Assembly (NCBI GenBank): GCA_951406725.2
Contig: OX597817.1
Location: 148,552,001 to 148,616,000, forward strand
DNA length: 64,000 nucleotides
Reading direction: 5' to 3'
Source: Octopus vulgaris
Lineage: Eukaryota
Below are positions 25,001 through 39,481 of this stretch, piece by piece (within the stretch, counting starts at the first letter, position 1; every line of letters begins with the position of its first letter). The translations under genes were made by a program, and so were the position numbers. Below the pieces are notes generated by a model, which was given only the letters and a program-made list of their open reading frames with translations, made no database searches and was not told the DNA's origin.

Positions 25001-25255
25001 CCAAGGTTAAAATTAATTAATCAGTTAATAATAAATAATTTTACCAAGTATTTCGGTATGTTAAAACAACCATTATCGGTAACCTTATACATAAATTCTA
25101 TGATTATGAGTATAATTATAATTAGAGTTCAGCAAAATTGCTTCACCACATACCGAAATTTAGAAATAGCAGTTAAATACTATTCCACTACCATAAGATA
25201 TCTTCCAGACAGCTTCACCCTAATTATAGTTATGCTAATAATTGTAGAATAACAA
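25001..25255 (-). mobile_element. Family P4 fragment (PLE-terminus-like)
   Basis: Reverse complement resembles 39270-39435 (actgctatttctaaat..ggtga.gcaatt..gccgaaat.cttggt..aattaattt). Confidence 0.5.
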
Positions 25256-25328
25256 TGTAGCAAAACGGCGGTGCATCAGCATGGCCGCAGCTCTGAGCTG
25301 AAATCGAAATTTTAAAAAATTATATATA

Positions 25329-25495
25329 GGCGCAGGAGTGGCTGTGTGGTAAGTAGCTTGCTTGTGAACTACATGGTTCCGGGTTCAGTCCCACTGCGTG
25401 ACATCTTGGGCAAATGTCTTCTACTATAGCCTCGGGCCGACCAAAGCCTTGTGAGTGGATCTAGTAGACGGAAACTGAAAGAAGCCTGTCGTATG

Positions 25496-25540
<45 letters not shown>

Positions 25541-25760
25541 TTGTGTGTGTGTGTTTGTCCCCCTAGCATTGCTTGACAACCGATGCTGGTGTGTTTACGT
25601 CCCCGTCACTTAGCGGTTCGGCAAAAAGAGACCGATAGAATAAGTACTGGGATTACAAAGAATAAGTCCCGGGGTCGATTTGCTCGACTAAAGGCGGTGC
25701 TCCAGCATGGCCGCAGTCAAATGACTGAAACAAGTAAAAGTAAAAGTAAAGTAAAAGTAA
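25329..25760 (+). mobile_element. SINE family C, full length
   Basis: GGCGCAGGAGTGGCTGTGTGGTAAG (A box)..GGGTTCAGTCCC (B box)..CORE-like catcttgggcaaatgtctt..3' ggcggtgctccagcatggccgcagtcaaatgactgaaac plus (GTAAAA)n tail. Confidence 0.92.
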
Positions 25761-25777
25761 GTATATATATATAATTT

Positions 25778-26080
25778 TACGACGACGAGGGTTCCAGTTG
25801 ATCCAATCAACGGAACAGCCTGCTCTGAAATAAACGTGCAAGTTGCTGAGCACTCCAGGGAGACGTGTACCCTTAAAAAAGAGTGTGACACCTGCAAGGC
25901 TGGCACTTGGAAATACAGGTACAACAGAAAAAGGAAGGAAGAATGAGAGAAAGTTATGGTAAAAGATTATAGCAGGGTTCGCCACCACCCACTGCCGGGT
26001 CCTCATGGGGCTTTAGGTGTTTTCCCTCAATAAACACGCACAACGCCCGGTCTGGGAATCGATACCGCGATCCTACAGCC
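25778..26080 (-). mobile_element. SINE family A with tail T1, internally deleted
   Basis: Colinear with 744-1124. Confidence 0.85.
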
Positions 26081-26121
26081 ACTGGGATATTGCGCATCCC
26101 CCACTATATATATATATATAG

Positions 26122-26593
<472 letters not shown>

Positions 26594-26657
26594 TAGATAG
26601 ATAGATAGATAGATACATACATACATACATACATACATACATACATACATACATACA

Positions 26658-26688
<31 letters not shown>

Positions 26689-26743
26689 GTATGCATATAT
26701 CTATCTATCTATGTATCTATCTATCTATGTATCTATCTATCAA

Positions 26744-26782
<39 letters not shown>

Positions 26783-27009
26783 AGATACCGCACGAGTGGA
26801 AATATATATGAAAGAAGCTTTGAAAATGCAATTTTAAAAGGTGTTTATTCACTTGACCGGTTTCACTTTTTTAGAAAAAGATTGTCAAAAGAAAATGTAA
26901 AGCTTTGTAAAAACTCTGTTGTGTTAAGTACTGACCTGTTTTACCATTTTATCTTTCACAGAAAGAAAAAAAGGCTGAAGGTGTCTTGGCATCATTTACT
27001 AAGTCCTTT

Positions 27010-27642
27010 GTGAGCCGCTCTCCGGCTAACTATCTCAGGCTTTATATAGCTATGTTGCGGCCTTACCTGGAATTTGCCTCACCGGTCTGGAACCCCTATC
27101 TCGCCTAGGATGTTAATCGTTTGGAAACCCGTTCAGCGACGTGCAACCAAGAGAATACCATCCATCAGGGTTTTTGCCATATTCTGAACGCCTTACTTCC
27201 CTTGACATGGATACATTAAACTCCGACGTCTGGTAGCTGACTTGGCAGACACTCATAAAATTATTAACCATCTTACTAACAATAACTCTGAGCACCTTTT
27301 CAAACTCCATCTGTCTAACACCTGTGGACAGGTATACAAAGTCAGAAAACAGCACAGCTCCTATGACTTTCGGAAACATTTTTTCACGCTAAGAGCTGAA
27401 GTATGGAACAAACTGCCGGCATCAGTTGTTAGTTGTCGGAGCATTGCATCCTCCAAAACTTCCATGCTTCCTGAGATTCGCCAACACTACACCTGATTTT
27501 CTCCCCTCCATACACACGCAAGCATGTATCTGACTCATACACTGTTCACTTCCCAGACATTTGTACATTACTGCATATGCTTTATACGCACTTTTGACAA
27601 ATTGTGGTGCACCTGAGCACTATATACAATAATTTCATTATC
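27010..27642 (+). mobile_element. CR1-clade LINE 3' end (C-terminal ORF2 and 3' UTR)
   Basis: Translates YIAMLRPYLEFASPVWNPY..ETVQRRATKRIP..YSERL..LKLRRLVADL..KHFFTLR..WNKLP. Confidence 0.85.
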
Positions 27643-28529
27643 ATAGACTAGCTCCTTTTAAGTCCTCAACGTTCAGTCATTACTTGTAAGCATCGAGACG
27701 TAAGAATGCGTCTTTGTTACAAATCAACAACAAATAATACAGCCATTCACAGACGTGTCAAAACCTTTACCTAACAATTGTTGAGGATTTTAGCTCGCAT
27801 CTATACATTAATAAAATAGCAAAGAAAACTTCTTAAGCCTTCCTTCCGCGCTGAAATATATTCTTTGGTTTCAAATATTTTCAAAGGTTCTTCGTGAGAT
27901 GGTGGACGTTTCCCAAAATACAGCTGTTGATCTTTAAATCGGCCTGTTGTAGGATTTTGTCCTGACAAAGTACGTCTTCTGGAATTAGGGATAAAGATGA
28001 ATGTGATGTCTTTAGTTGTTGATAGATGATGATTGAAAGTGTAGAAAATAAATGTAAAATGTTACTGAGGTTGAGGAAATTAGTTGTAGACATAAAATAG
28101 TGGAACGGATTTTCTCTTTCAGATCAGCAAGAATCATAATGGTATTGTTATATCGCAATACTACACCGTGGCTGTGTGAGCTACGAAATCCTCGCCGCCA
28201 GTTATGTCACACGTTCGGATGACCTCTACTTAACCTACTCTACTACTCTACTCGACGTCTAGACTTCTCCCTCTATATCTACGTATTGGGCTAGTCTACT
28301 TCATCGTCTGAGGTCGTCAACACAACGGGTATACAAGAGTAGCGAGATGGTATATGTGAGTGATATTTAGCAGGATGGTAGGGAGAGTTGAAGAACAGCG
28401 ATATCCAGTTATATGTGCCGAATAATTTATAAATACACAGCAACGCAAAATGTTATTTCAGTTATAAACGTTAATGTTATCGTGCGTGAAATATGATTCC
28501 TAACACTACATTTTTTGGTTGTATTTTTG

Positions 28530-28816
28530 CTTGTTCCTTCTAGAGCCATGCCTGGCTCATAGTGGCCTGTTTCCCGGTTTCCTTCGAGTATAGGTTCTCC
28601 ACCTGGACGGGACGCCAGTCCGTCGCAGGTGAGCTGCAAGATGCAGGAGGAAAGAGTGAGAGAAAGTTGTGGCGAAAGAGTCATTACATTCTGCTGGAGC
28701 CGCGTGGAGCTTAGGGGTTTCGCTCATAAACACATGCATCGCCCGGTCTGAGATTCAAACCCACGATCCCTCGACCGCGAGTCCGCTGCTCTAACCACTA
28801 GCCTATGTGCCTCCAC
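28530..28816 (-). mobile_element. SINE family A head with a different tail (T3)
   Basis: Head matches 940-1124, but the 3' part (rc of agagccatgcctggctcat..cctggacgggacgccagtccgtcgcagg) is unrelated to T1. Confidence 0.8.
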
Positions 28817-29219
28817 CCTAACACTAATACAAAACCACAAAATTTGTGATGCAATTATAGACAATAAAATATACACAGCTACTGACCCTCAAGAGAATAC
28901 GAGATAACGGCTCTGGCTGCGAAATTTGAAAATAGAACGTAAAGTGATGCGACCAAATGTGGTGACCTGTGAGTTATATTGTCAGACAATCTACCGATTT
29001 TATCATTGAAATACCCTTTTGTATATGTTACTACAAATATGGAAATACCATTATTGAACTGCAGATATATATTCGTGATAGCCTATCTCCTTAAATATGT
29101 ACATTTGTGTCTATATGAACATAGCTATTGCCAAGGACATATATACATGCATATATGCATGCATGCATTAGAACATACATACATACATACATACTTACAA
29201 ACATACATACATACATACA

Positions 29220-29250
<31 letters not shown>

Positions 29251-29395
29251 TTCAAAAATCGGAGAATAATTGCGATGATCTTTCTATATAGAAATATAGA
29301 ATCAGAAGTGATATAACGTGGCCTAACTGATAATTATACCCGGTCGCCAAACTCAATAGATAAAAAATGACAACCTATATATATATATATATATA

Positions 29396-29553
29396 CTTTA
29401 TTTAAAGCAGGAGAAAATTCAACAAAATCTGTTACTCTGAGTTTCTCGTTGCCGTTCATCAGACAGGTTTTGCTAGCAAAACCTGTCTGATGAACGGCAA
29501 CGAGAAACTCAGAGTAACAGATTTTGTTGAATTTTCTGCTGCTTTAAATAAAG
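29396..29553. repeat. 158-bp near-perfect palindrome carrying two opposed hammerhead motifs (family P2)
   Basis: Centre GCTAGC (29472-77), one mismatch (29411/29538). Plus strand: aaaacctgt-CTGATGA-ACGGCAACGA-GAAA-CTCAGAG-TA-acagatttt (29478-29525); mirror on minus strand at 29424-29471. Confidence 0.9.
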
Positions 29554-29623
29554 CATATTACTCTACCACTGGTATTTAAGTACTCTTTTTTTCCACCTTG
29601 TTTCACATTTATATGTTTACTCC

Positions 29624-29685
<62 letters not shown>

Positions 29686-29724
29686 TCAGTAATAATAAAG
29701 GGTAAATTAATAATTTGGAATATT

Positions 29725-29763
<39 letters not shown>

Positions 29764-30309
29764 AGATATAGCTATTCCTTCTACTAAAAGGGGGATCTCA
29801 GTAAAAACACAGCACTTGAAAGGCAAACACAGACAGGTATATGACGGCAATCTATCATACAATTTTAAGACCTACACACACAAGTTTTAGGAGAGCATAA
29901 GAATTAGAAAATTCTACTTTACCCAAATTTGGGTATATTTATAAAATATATATACGTGTATATATGCATGTGTGTGCATATATGTAAGTATGTATGTGCA
30001 TCTATGTATGCATAAGTCTGCATCTGTAAGTGTATGTTTGCTTTCACAAATGAGACACAGAGCGAACTCAATAGGTCGGGTCTCTAAGTAACCCGGCCAG
30101 TGTTCTCATCAGTTATATATATACATGTGTGTATCTGTCTGTGTGTGCGTGATATGCAGGCATGTGTGTGTATGTGTGGGGGGATGGGTGTATGCGAATC
30201 TATCTATATCTATACCTTGTATGATTTATCTGCCGCCACGCTGAGGCACCGCCTGGAAGGGTATTAGCCGAACAAATCAACCCCAGGACTTATTTGTTTT
30301 AAAGCTTGG

Positions 30310-30480
30310 CACTTTCACGTTCGCGCTCGTCTGACAGTTGTGATTAAGAATGGGACGAGAATTCTTGCCCCATTCATAATCACAACTCACAGACGAGTGC
30401 GAACTTGAAATTCTGAGTAGCAGATTTTTGTGAAATTTTTGAGATGATCTTGCAGCTTGAATATTAAAGCATATTTCTAT
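30310..30480. repeat. Older inverted (fold-back) copy of family P2 with decayed hammerhead
   Basis: tttcacgttcgcgctcgtctg..gttgtgatta / taatcacaac..cagacgagtgcgaacttgaaattctgagtagcag. Confidence 0.65.
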
Positions 30481-30908
30481 AAATCCGTTATTCGACTAGG
30501 GCTTCTGCCAGTTTCCATTTTCCGAATGTACGTACAAGCCTTTGGACGATTCGAATGGGGGTGGGGGTGTAGTAGACGATAAATGCCGAAAGTAACACGC
30601 AGTGGAACTCAACCCAAGTCTTTACCGCCGCGCCTGCGTCAATGGACATATATACATGCATATATGCATACATGCATTAGAACATACATACATACATACA
30701 TACTTACAAACATACATACATACATACATACATACATACATACATACATACATACATACATACATAAATGGCCTGAAGAAATGAATGCATGAACATGACC
30801 TAGCCAATGTCCGTGGATACCACGGACTGTACTATGATCTTAAGAAACATGCGATTGGTGGAAACGAGCGGAATGATACTTTAAAATGTCTATTGATGCC
30901 ATCCGAGG

Positions 30909-30968
<60 letters not shown>

Positions 30969-31430
30969 GAGTGAGAGAGCATTGTATGCCATCAAAGTTA
31001 CACTGGGGTAAAATATACGAAGCCCAGTACATCCATCATGACTACCCGTCTGATAAGGGTGCACCAGGCACATGCTTCACAACAACATGTGAGCGACATG
31101 GTGATCTCATATAAAGATTAACGGCGCATGACCGTGCAGGTGGGACCCAGTTAAATTTGTCTTGGGGTTCGTTAGCCCATCCCGCTCAAAAGGTCGCTGA
31201 ATAAGGGTTGTTTAAGGATGTTGAACGAAACACCCATGTTTCTACAGGTGACTTATCCAAACCCCAAAGAATTCCTCTCAATACATGGCTATGATCCCCC
31301 CGTCCACAGATTATGTTCGTGATCAGAGATGCACATATCATTAGCTACTGAGAGATATGCTCAACTGGTTAAGTTTAAAAAACTGACAAGCAAATCTGTG
31401 GTTTGGAGCAAAATATTTGCTCTAGACAAC
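30969..31430. repeat. Unclassified interspersed element bracketed by (TAA)n tracts
   Basis: GC-richer block of about 460 bp with sharp boundaries between two TAA microsatellites; single copy in this window. Confidence 0.35.
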
Positions 31431-31547
31431 ACAACGTACATGATAACACACCCAATCAGCTACTATAATAATAATAATAATAATAATTATTATTATTTTT
31501 ATTATTGTTGTTGTTGTTGTTATCGTTATTATTATTATTATTATTAT

Positions 31548-31583
<36 letters not shown>

Positions 31584-31632
31584 CAGCAGCAGCAGCAGTA
31601 GTAGCAGTAGTAGTAGTAGTAGTAGTAGTAGT

Positions 31633-31699
<67 letters not shown>

Positions 31700-31706
31700 T
31701 TTATTA

Positions 31707-31741
<35 letters not shown>

Positions 31742-31769
31742 TCTAGTTCGTAACAGTGTAGATAAAAGT

Positions 31770-33150
31770 GCACCGGAGTCTTTAGTCTTCTGTCAAGTCA
31801 CAGCAAGGACCTCCAAGACATCAATCTGGCATGGGGTTTCCAGTTGCCTTAAGAAGTTCTAAAATTTCAATGGAATTGGGCCCAACAATCTGACCACCAC
31901 TGGTATCACTTTTACATTACCCTTTCGCATTGCATACAGTCTTGCCATTTCCATTTTCAATTCGGAGTACTTGGTGATTTTTTTTTTCAACCTCTTTACT
32001 CACAACATTCATCTCATTTGGTATGGCTACATCAATGATCTGACAGTAGTTGTCTCTCTTATTGAATATGACAATATCCGGTCGACAGTGTTCGATTACA
32101 CCATCCGTCTGAAAATCATAGTCCCTGAGTACCATTACTTTTTCATTCTGCTGCATAACTTTACTTGATACATGCTCGTACTGGTTCTCTGTTACTTCAT
32201 ATTTGTATTTACGGCATATGAGCCAATGAAGATACACACACACTTATCGTTGTGGTGCTTGTATTCTTTTTGTGCAAGGCTCTCACATCCACTTACCAAG
32301 TAGGTCATATTTTCTACACTCTTTCCACAAAGTCTGCATTTCTGGGTGTCAGAAGTTTTACAAATGTTATATTTCACTGAATTGGTGGCGAGAGCCTGGT
32401 CCTGTGCAGCAATGATCAGGCTTTCGGTGGTACGCTTCAAATTACCTCGGTGAAGCCATGCCCACGATGCTGCATTATCCTTAACGTCTTGTGTATTCCT
32501 TTCAAACTGTCCATGCATTCTCATTTCAAAAAGGTCTCCTCTTCTCTTCTGAGCTCTTTTGTTAAACTCTTCCTTGTCCATCATTTCATCTACATTTACA
32601 CCCATATCTTTCGCGACATATTGCAGCAGGTCTGCATCACTATTTATCAAATACTCGGCAAGCGTTCTCCTTTCACTCCTTATAAAATGGTCTCTACTAA
32701 TTATTCCTCTGCCACCATTCTTTCTTTTCATATACAATCTGTTTATGTTTGCTTTAAGGTATAGCGCCCCATGCGGCGTCACCAACTTTCTCGTCCTTCT
32801 ACCCACTGTTGATATTTCCTCCTTAGTCCATTTGAGGACGGACGCACTATATCTGACCACCGCAACTGCCCAGATATTCATTGCGGTAATCAAATTTTTG
32901 ACATTCAGGTTTCATTTCAACACCATCTTCACCCTTATTTGATACGCTTCGCTGATATTGACTTCCATTTCTCTGTGTAGAATGTCATGCAGCTCCAAAA
33001 TCCCTAAATATCTATACCCACTACGGTTGGGTTCACCAACGGTCTCTCCTGATGGTCACCGCAATCCTCTGCAGGTCGCTTTCTTCCTTCTTTTCATATT
33101 AAGTACTGAGCATTTGGTAATCCCAAATTCCATCCCGATATCCTTATCAT
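31770..33150 (-). pseudogene. R4/Dong-like non-LTR retrotransposon 3' portion (RT thumb, CCHC knuckle, RLE endonuclease)
   Basis: YRYLGI, RLYMKRKNGGRGI, MHGQF, ESLIIAAQDQAL, CRLC..LVSGC, RPDIV..CQIIDVAIP in ORFs 32192..32893 and 31917..32243; frameshifted. Confidence 0.88.
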
Positions 33151-33290
33151 TAATCGTATTAAACGTATTTCGGCTAAAATACGATTAATGTTTAAAATAA
33201 AATAAGCTAAAGCAAATTAACACCATGTACAGTCCGTGTGTTTTATTGGCTAAACTGGCAACATGACCATCCCCAAATACAACAATATCT
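33150..33290 (-). repeat. Interspersed repeat, inverted copy of 36503-36628
   Basis: ttttattggctaaactggcaa..ccccaaatacaa versus ttgtatttgggg..ttgccagtttagccaataaaa. Confidence 0.7.
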
Positions 33291-33811
33291 GTTTCAACAC
33301 ACGATTTCACATCAAGAATCTTGCAAATCGAACATATAAACATGTATATATATATATAATTAACTTTATACAGAGTTGCTTTTGTTTTGTATTTTTTTAT
33401 AACTTCATCTATTCAGGCGAAATCACCATATAGCTATTCATAAACTAATATTCAATTACTAACAGTGAAGTGTAATTTCTAGAATGCCGCCATGAAATAT
33501 CGTAAAACCAAACAGTTTTAAAAGAGCTCAAACCTTTTTATATAATGGAAAGTAAAACTATTGGAGATAAAATTTACAATCCTTCTAATTTTACGACAAT
33601 CTATACATAAAGAAACTTTATATGGTATATTTGAATTAAGTAAGCAATAAATATGTGATTAAGCTATAACCTTTGCAAGCTTAAGCCATAAATTATCATT
33701 AACACTTAAAACGAAACAGACTTTATTTTTATTATTTTGAACTGAAGTATAAGGTTGATTCCGTGAACTTAGCAGTCTATAATATGTTTTGGCAATCTCT
33801 GATCATGTTTT

Positions 33812-33881
<70 letters not shown>

Positions 33882-33974
33882 CATCTATCTATCAATCTAT
33901 CAATCAATCTATTTGCAGCCCTGTGTAGCTAATAAAGAAACATATCTATCTATCTTCTTCTTCCCTATTTTTCT

Positions 33975-34108
<134 letters not shown>

Positions 34109-34111
34109 TAA

Positions 34112-34187
<76 letters not shown>

Positions 34188-34212
34188 CTCCTATATATAT
34201 ATTATATATATA

Positions 34213-34344
<132 letters not shown>

Positions 34345-35205
34345 CATAATATATCAATTCATTTCTGAGTTTGTGCGTGCGTGTGTGTATGTGTGTGTGT
34401 GAGGGGGTGTATTGGGATTCTCTGTCCGCAGGGCATAATTGGCGTCAGTTGTCTTGATTGCATGTGAACGAGGATTAGGCGAGGAAATTTAGGGAAGAAT
34501 GAACAGTTGTATCATCTGCTTAGGTGTTGATGTTTTGTTGGAAGTGGAAGCAGGTAAAACATTAATGCCTGGGAGGGTCGAGGGGGGTAATTGTGCTGAA
34601 TAAAATAAGCAGGGCCCTCATATGAATTGCTCATTATCGAGATTTGACTGTATTAGTAGATATAAAGAGATTGTGGCTTTAAATGAATCATCTTTTGGAT
34701 TACCAGAAAGTCACAAATCAATAATTTATTCGATGCAATGTGAGACCAAGTACGAACGAAGGCATATTAATCCACATAATTTAGATGTTCGCTTCGTAAC
34801 CACAAATTCGCTGGTTGGACATAATGCGCGCTTTGTCTTGAGTTTTTGTCAGACGTTAAGAGTGAAACCATGATTGTGTAAGCTACACCAATTCAACGAA
34901 ACAATACAGTATCTGACCAACTCACCTAACATCCAAATATTGTTTTTGAAATTCTCACTCGCAAAATTATACACAGCCGTATGATGAATTCTACAACATG
35001 ACACATGATAACCGTCTATATCAGACTACGCAATCTCGACAATTTCGACTATGTCTGTGCATCTATGAGCTATGAGCCATGGCCGCAGGACTTTATTAAA
35101 GCCCTGAGAGACAAGATGAACAAGATGGAATGAGATATCTCTACGTCATTAATTGGTTTCAATCGACATACAGTTGTGAAACACTTATCTCACTCACTAA
35201 ATATC

Positions 35206-35620
35206 TATTTCTTTACTACCCACAAGGGGCTAAACACAGAGAGGACAAACAAAAAGAGACAAACGGTTTAAGTCGATTATAACGACCCCAGTGCGTAACT
35301 GGTACTTATTTAATCGACCCCGAAAGGATGAAAGGTAAAGTCAACCTCGGCGGTATTTGAACTCAAAACATAGCGGAAGACGAAATGCCTATTTCTTTAC
35401 TACCCACAAGAGGCTAGACACAGAGAGGACAAACAAGGACAGACAAACGGATTAAGTCCATTATATCGACCCCAGTGCATAACTGGTACTTATTTAATCG
35501 ACCCCGAAAGGATGAAAGGCAAAGTCGACCTCGGCGGAGTTTGAACTCAGAACGTAGCGGCAGACGAAATAGCGCTAAGCATTTCGCCCGGCGTGCTAAC
35601 GATTCTGCCAGCTCGCCGCC
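35206..35620 (-). mobile_element. SINE family B, 1.8-mer
   Basis: Full monomer followed by a second monomer lacking about 45 nt of the head. Confidence 0.9.
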
Positions 35621-36465
35621 TTTCACTCACTACATATCATTAACTGGTATCTAGCGACAATAGTTACGAGATGGCTGCCGGCTGCATGACCCAAACACCT
35701 GATTTCAGATTTCAGAGTACTTTCTCTAAGACCCACACGTCAGTAGGGATTTGAAAGAAACATAGGTAATTGTTCAGTTTACGTTTGTAAAATGAAAACC
35801 TACGGTTGACAATATTGATAATTCTGATTTTAGTTACAGGTTTTGTTTCTGCTTTTACCCAGTTCTTGTTCATTTTATATCCTTTTTAAGGCGTACTTTT
35901 AGCTGCAAGTCTGTTTCATGAAAGGACAGGACAAAGCAGTAAGAAATAATATCTAGATAACCAGTCAGAAATACAGGTTATTTGTCCTTGTTTGTCCCTT
36001 GTAGGCAATAAAGAAATAAGAAATAAAGATTAATGTGTGAGAGATACAAATAGATACTTTTAGAAGTCGTGTAAATTATCATTTTCTCCAAAGCTAAGCG
36101 AGAAATCAGTTGTAAGTAACATATAAGAATGACGAGTGGTGACAAGAGTGAGTAACGTATCAGACAACATTCTTTGATCTATCTAGTTATGTCCCTTTCA
36201 TTCAAACGGTACAGTTAACGAATCATATGTGCGCAAAATCGGATTTCTGTTTCTTCCACTCCTTAACTAATCTCATGTCTTTTATCCTGAAATGTGCAAC
36301 AAACACACCTCCGCAGTTAGCTGGTTTGGTGAACTCGCGAGTGTATTAGGCGACGACCCGAGTATTAAACAGGGGTCTGGAGGTTACATACTACCTGTAG
36401 CACTCTAGAGTGACCAGAATAGGAAACAATAGAAAGATAGATATACATATATTTATGTATGTATG

Positions 36466-36508
<43 letters not shown>

Positions 36509-37027
36509 ATTTGGGGATGATCATTTTGCCAGTTTAGCCAATAAAACACACGCACTATATATTTGGTGTTAATTTGCTTCAGCTTTATTTTATTTCTTAC
36601 ATTAATCGTATTTCGGCCGAAATATAATATGTTTTGGCCTCACCTGGCTTGCATGCGAGTGACAGTATGTTATATATCTCTACTCTGACATTCTGTTATT
36701 CCTTCTGTGACATGATCCACTCAGTAAATTAACGCGCAAAGGTGTTGAACTGGCTGAGTCGTTAGAGCTTAAGCCATACAACTTGGTATCATTTCTTCCG
36801 GCTCCTTATGTCCTGAGTTCAAATTCGCCCATGTGAACTTTGCTTTTTATCCTTTCGAGGTCAATAAAACTGTGTACAAGCCAAGTACTTGGATTTATAT
36901 GATCGACTTGCCTCTATCCTTAAACGTTTTTGGCCTTGCGTCAACATTAGAAAGAACTAAATTAACACACATATACATTTGCGGCAGTTATAGTTTATTC
37001 TGTCGTATAACTTGATACAGAAACAAT

Positions 37028-37447
37028 GCGGCGAGCTGGCAGAAATGTTAGCACGCCGGGCGAGATGCTTTGTGGTATTTCGTCCGCCGCTGCGTTCTGA
37101 GTTCAAATTCCGCCGAGGTCGACTTTGTCTTTCATACTTTCGGGGTCGATAAATTAAGTACCAGTGAAACACTGGGGTCGATGTAATCGACTTAATACCT
37201 ATGTCTGTCCTTGTCTGTCCCCTCTATGTTTAGCCCCTTGTGGGTAATAAAGAAATAGGTATTTCATCTGCCGTTACGTTCTGAGTTCAAATTCCGCCGA
37301 GCTCAACTTTGCCTTTCATCCTTTCCGGGTCAATAAATTAAGTACTAGTTACGCACTGGGGTCGGGGTCGATATAATCGACTTAATCCCTTTCACTGTTC
37401 TTGTTTGTCCCCTCTATGTTTCGCCCCTTGTGGTTAATAAAGAAATA
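37028..37447 (+). mobile_element. SINE family B, 1.8-mer (an older copy lies at 36740-36950)
   Basis: Junction taaagaaata|ggtatttc near 37257. Confidence 0.9.
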
Positions 37448-37936
37448 ACAAACATGATGTACAATATTTGATCGGACATGAACTGGATACATTGACTGGA
37501 CAAACACTGCCTTCACTTCGGGCCCAATCAGCGTTCATACAGTCACGCGATCCCCAATGATCGGATCTCAAAACAAAGTTACTATGTCACTCCAGTCGAA
37601 CCGTACCTCAGCTGATGGCAGTTTGTGCTATAATTAACTCCCTCCCCTTAAAATTCGGAATTGTTAAACTTCCAGTCAGAATAAGGGCATTTACTGTAAA
37701 GTTCCTCGTCTCTCCTTCTCCAACTGTTTATGAAAATCATGATATTATGAAAGCAGTGTTAACCTAAATGAACCATTGTAAATAATCCAAAAACATTTTC
37801 AGCATCAATTCTACCTCCATGTCTAAGAAGGTAAGTTCTATTTTACAAACAAACGCGATTACACAAACACACACATGGACGTATATATACGGCATATACA
37901 CCCATACATACACACACATACACACAAACACACACA

Positions 37937-37976
<40 letters not shown>

Positions 37977-38844
37977 TATACCGAGGGAAAGAGGGAGGCG
38001 GATAGAGATTGAGATGGGGATACAGAGAGGAAGGAGAGCATGCAGAAAGAGAGGGGGTACAGAGAGAGAGAGAGGGAGAGAGAGAGAGATGAGTGGCAGT
38101 TTTAAACCTATATATTCAACGAAGTTAGTTAAAAACAAAAATTTAGCGAAGCTATGAAAGTAGAAAGTAGGTGTGTTTTAAATACATGGATGTGTGTATT
38201 TGAGTGTGTGTCTGTGGGTGAATACATATGTATATATATATATACTTTCCAGCTCCATTTTAATTTTATGCCAGTATATTCCATTCAGTCTTAGATATAT
38301 TTCTTCTAAAGAAAGGTGGTTTCACCATTTCTCGGTTCGATAGCTGCACAATGTAAGTCGAATAAATAGCTATGTTAGTAGATTTTATCTCTGTAATTAT
38401 TCGTGTCAATAACACGCCTTAGGTACGGAAGTGATTATCGTTATTTGCTTTCATGCGTAGCACATGAAAATTGATGGTAATTACGATATATTGAATGAGA
38501 AGAAATTTGACGTCAACCTTAAGCTAAAACACTTTTACCTAGTAAGGAAAATAATTATTAGTGTCCGTTTGTATTGCGTCAAGACCATTATATCAGATGT
38601 ATGTGTGTGCTTGTGTGTGTGGTGTGTGTGTGTGTTTAAGAATATGTATATATGTATGTATATAATTATGTATATGTATATGCTTATGATTGTACGTATA
38701 TATATGTATGTATAAATAAATATATATATATAGATTATACATGCCTATATATGTGTACTATGTATGTGTATTTATGTGAGTGTCCATGTATATATTTACA
38801 TATGTGTCTGTGTGTATGTATACTATGTACATGTAATATTTATG

Positions 38845-38885
<41 letters not shown>

Positions 38886-39122
38886 ACACATATGCATATA
38901 TAAATATATATATATATGTATGTATGTATATACATGTGTGTGTGTTCGTGTGTGAATATACTATATACTTATATTATGTGCCTGTATATAGACATATCTT
39001 TACATATATACATACACGTACAATAAATACATGATATAAAGTGATGGCTACATATATATACTCATGTTAAATATATATATATATATATATATATATCCAC
39101 ACATACATATAGGCATATATAA

Positions 39123-39172
<50 letters not shown>

Positions 39173-39179
<7 letters not shown>

Positions 39180-39426
39180 GCAGTCAAAGAGATATAGCTA
39201 TTCCTTCTACTAAAAGGGCTGTGTTTTTACTGAGATCCCCCTTTTAGTAGAAGGAATAGCTATATCTCTTTGACTGCTATTTCTAAATTCGGTGTGTTGG
39301 TGAGGCAATTCGTTGCTAAACCCTTAATTACTTAGTATTACTTAAATTTTCCTCGAATGGGGCTTTTACATGCCGAAATCTACTTGGTGTAATTGATAAT
39401 TATTCCAAATTAATTAATTTCACCCT

Positions 39427-39435
<9 letters not shown>
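39173..39435 (+). mobile_element. Family P4 element with a 46-bp perfect terminal inversion
   Basis: agaaatagcagtcaaagagatatagctattccttctactaaaaggg (39173-39218) is the reverse complement of 39239-39284; related pieces at 29686-29830; in (TA)n. Confidence 0.7.

Positions 39436-39481
<46 letters not shown>

Noticed and set aside
30770-30810. CTGAAGA..CAT-GAA-CATG hammerhead-like stretch
   Set aside because: It lacks a full GAAA, the UH site and a convincing stem I; could be chance.
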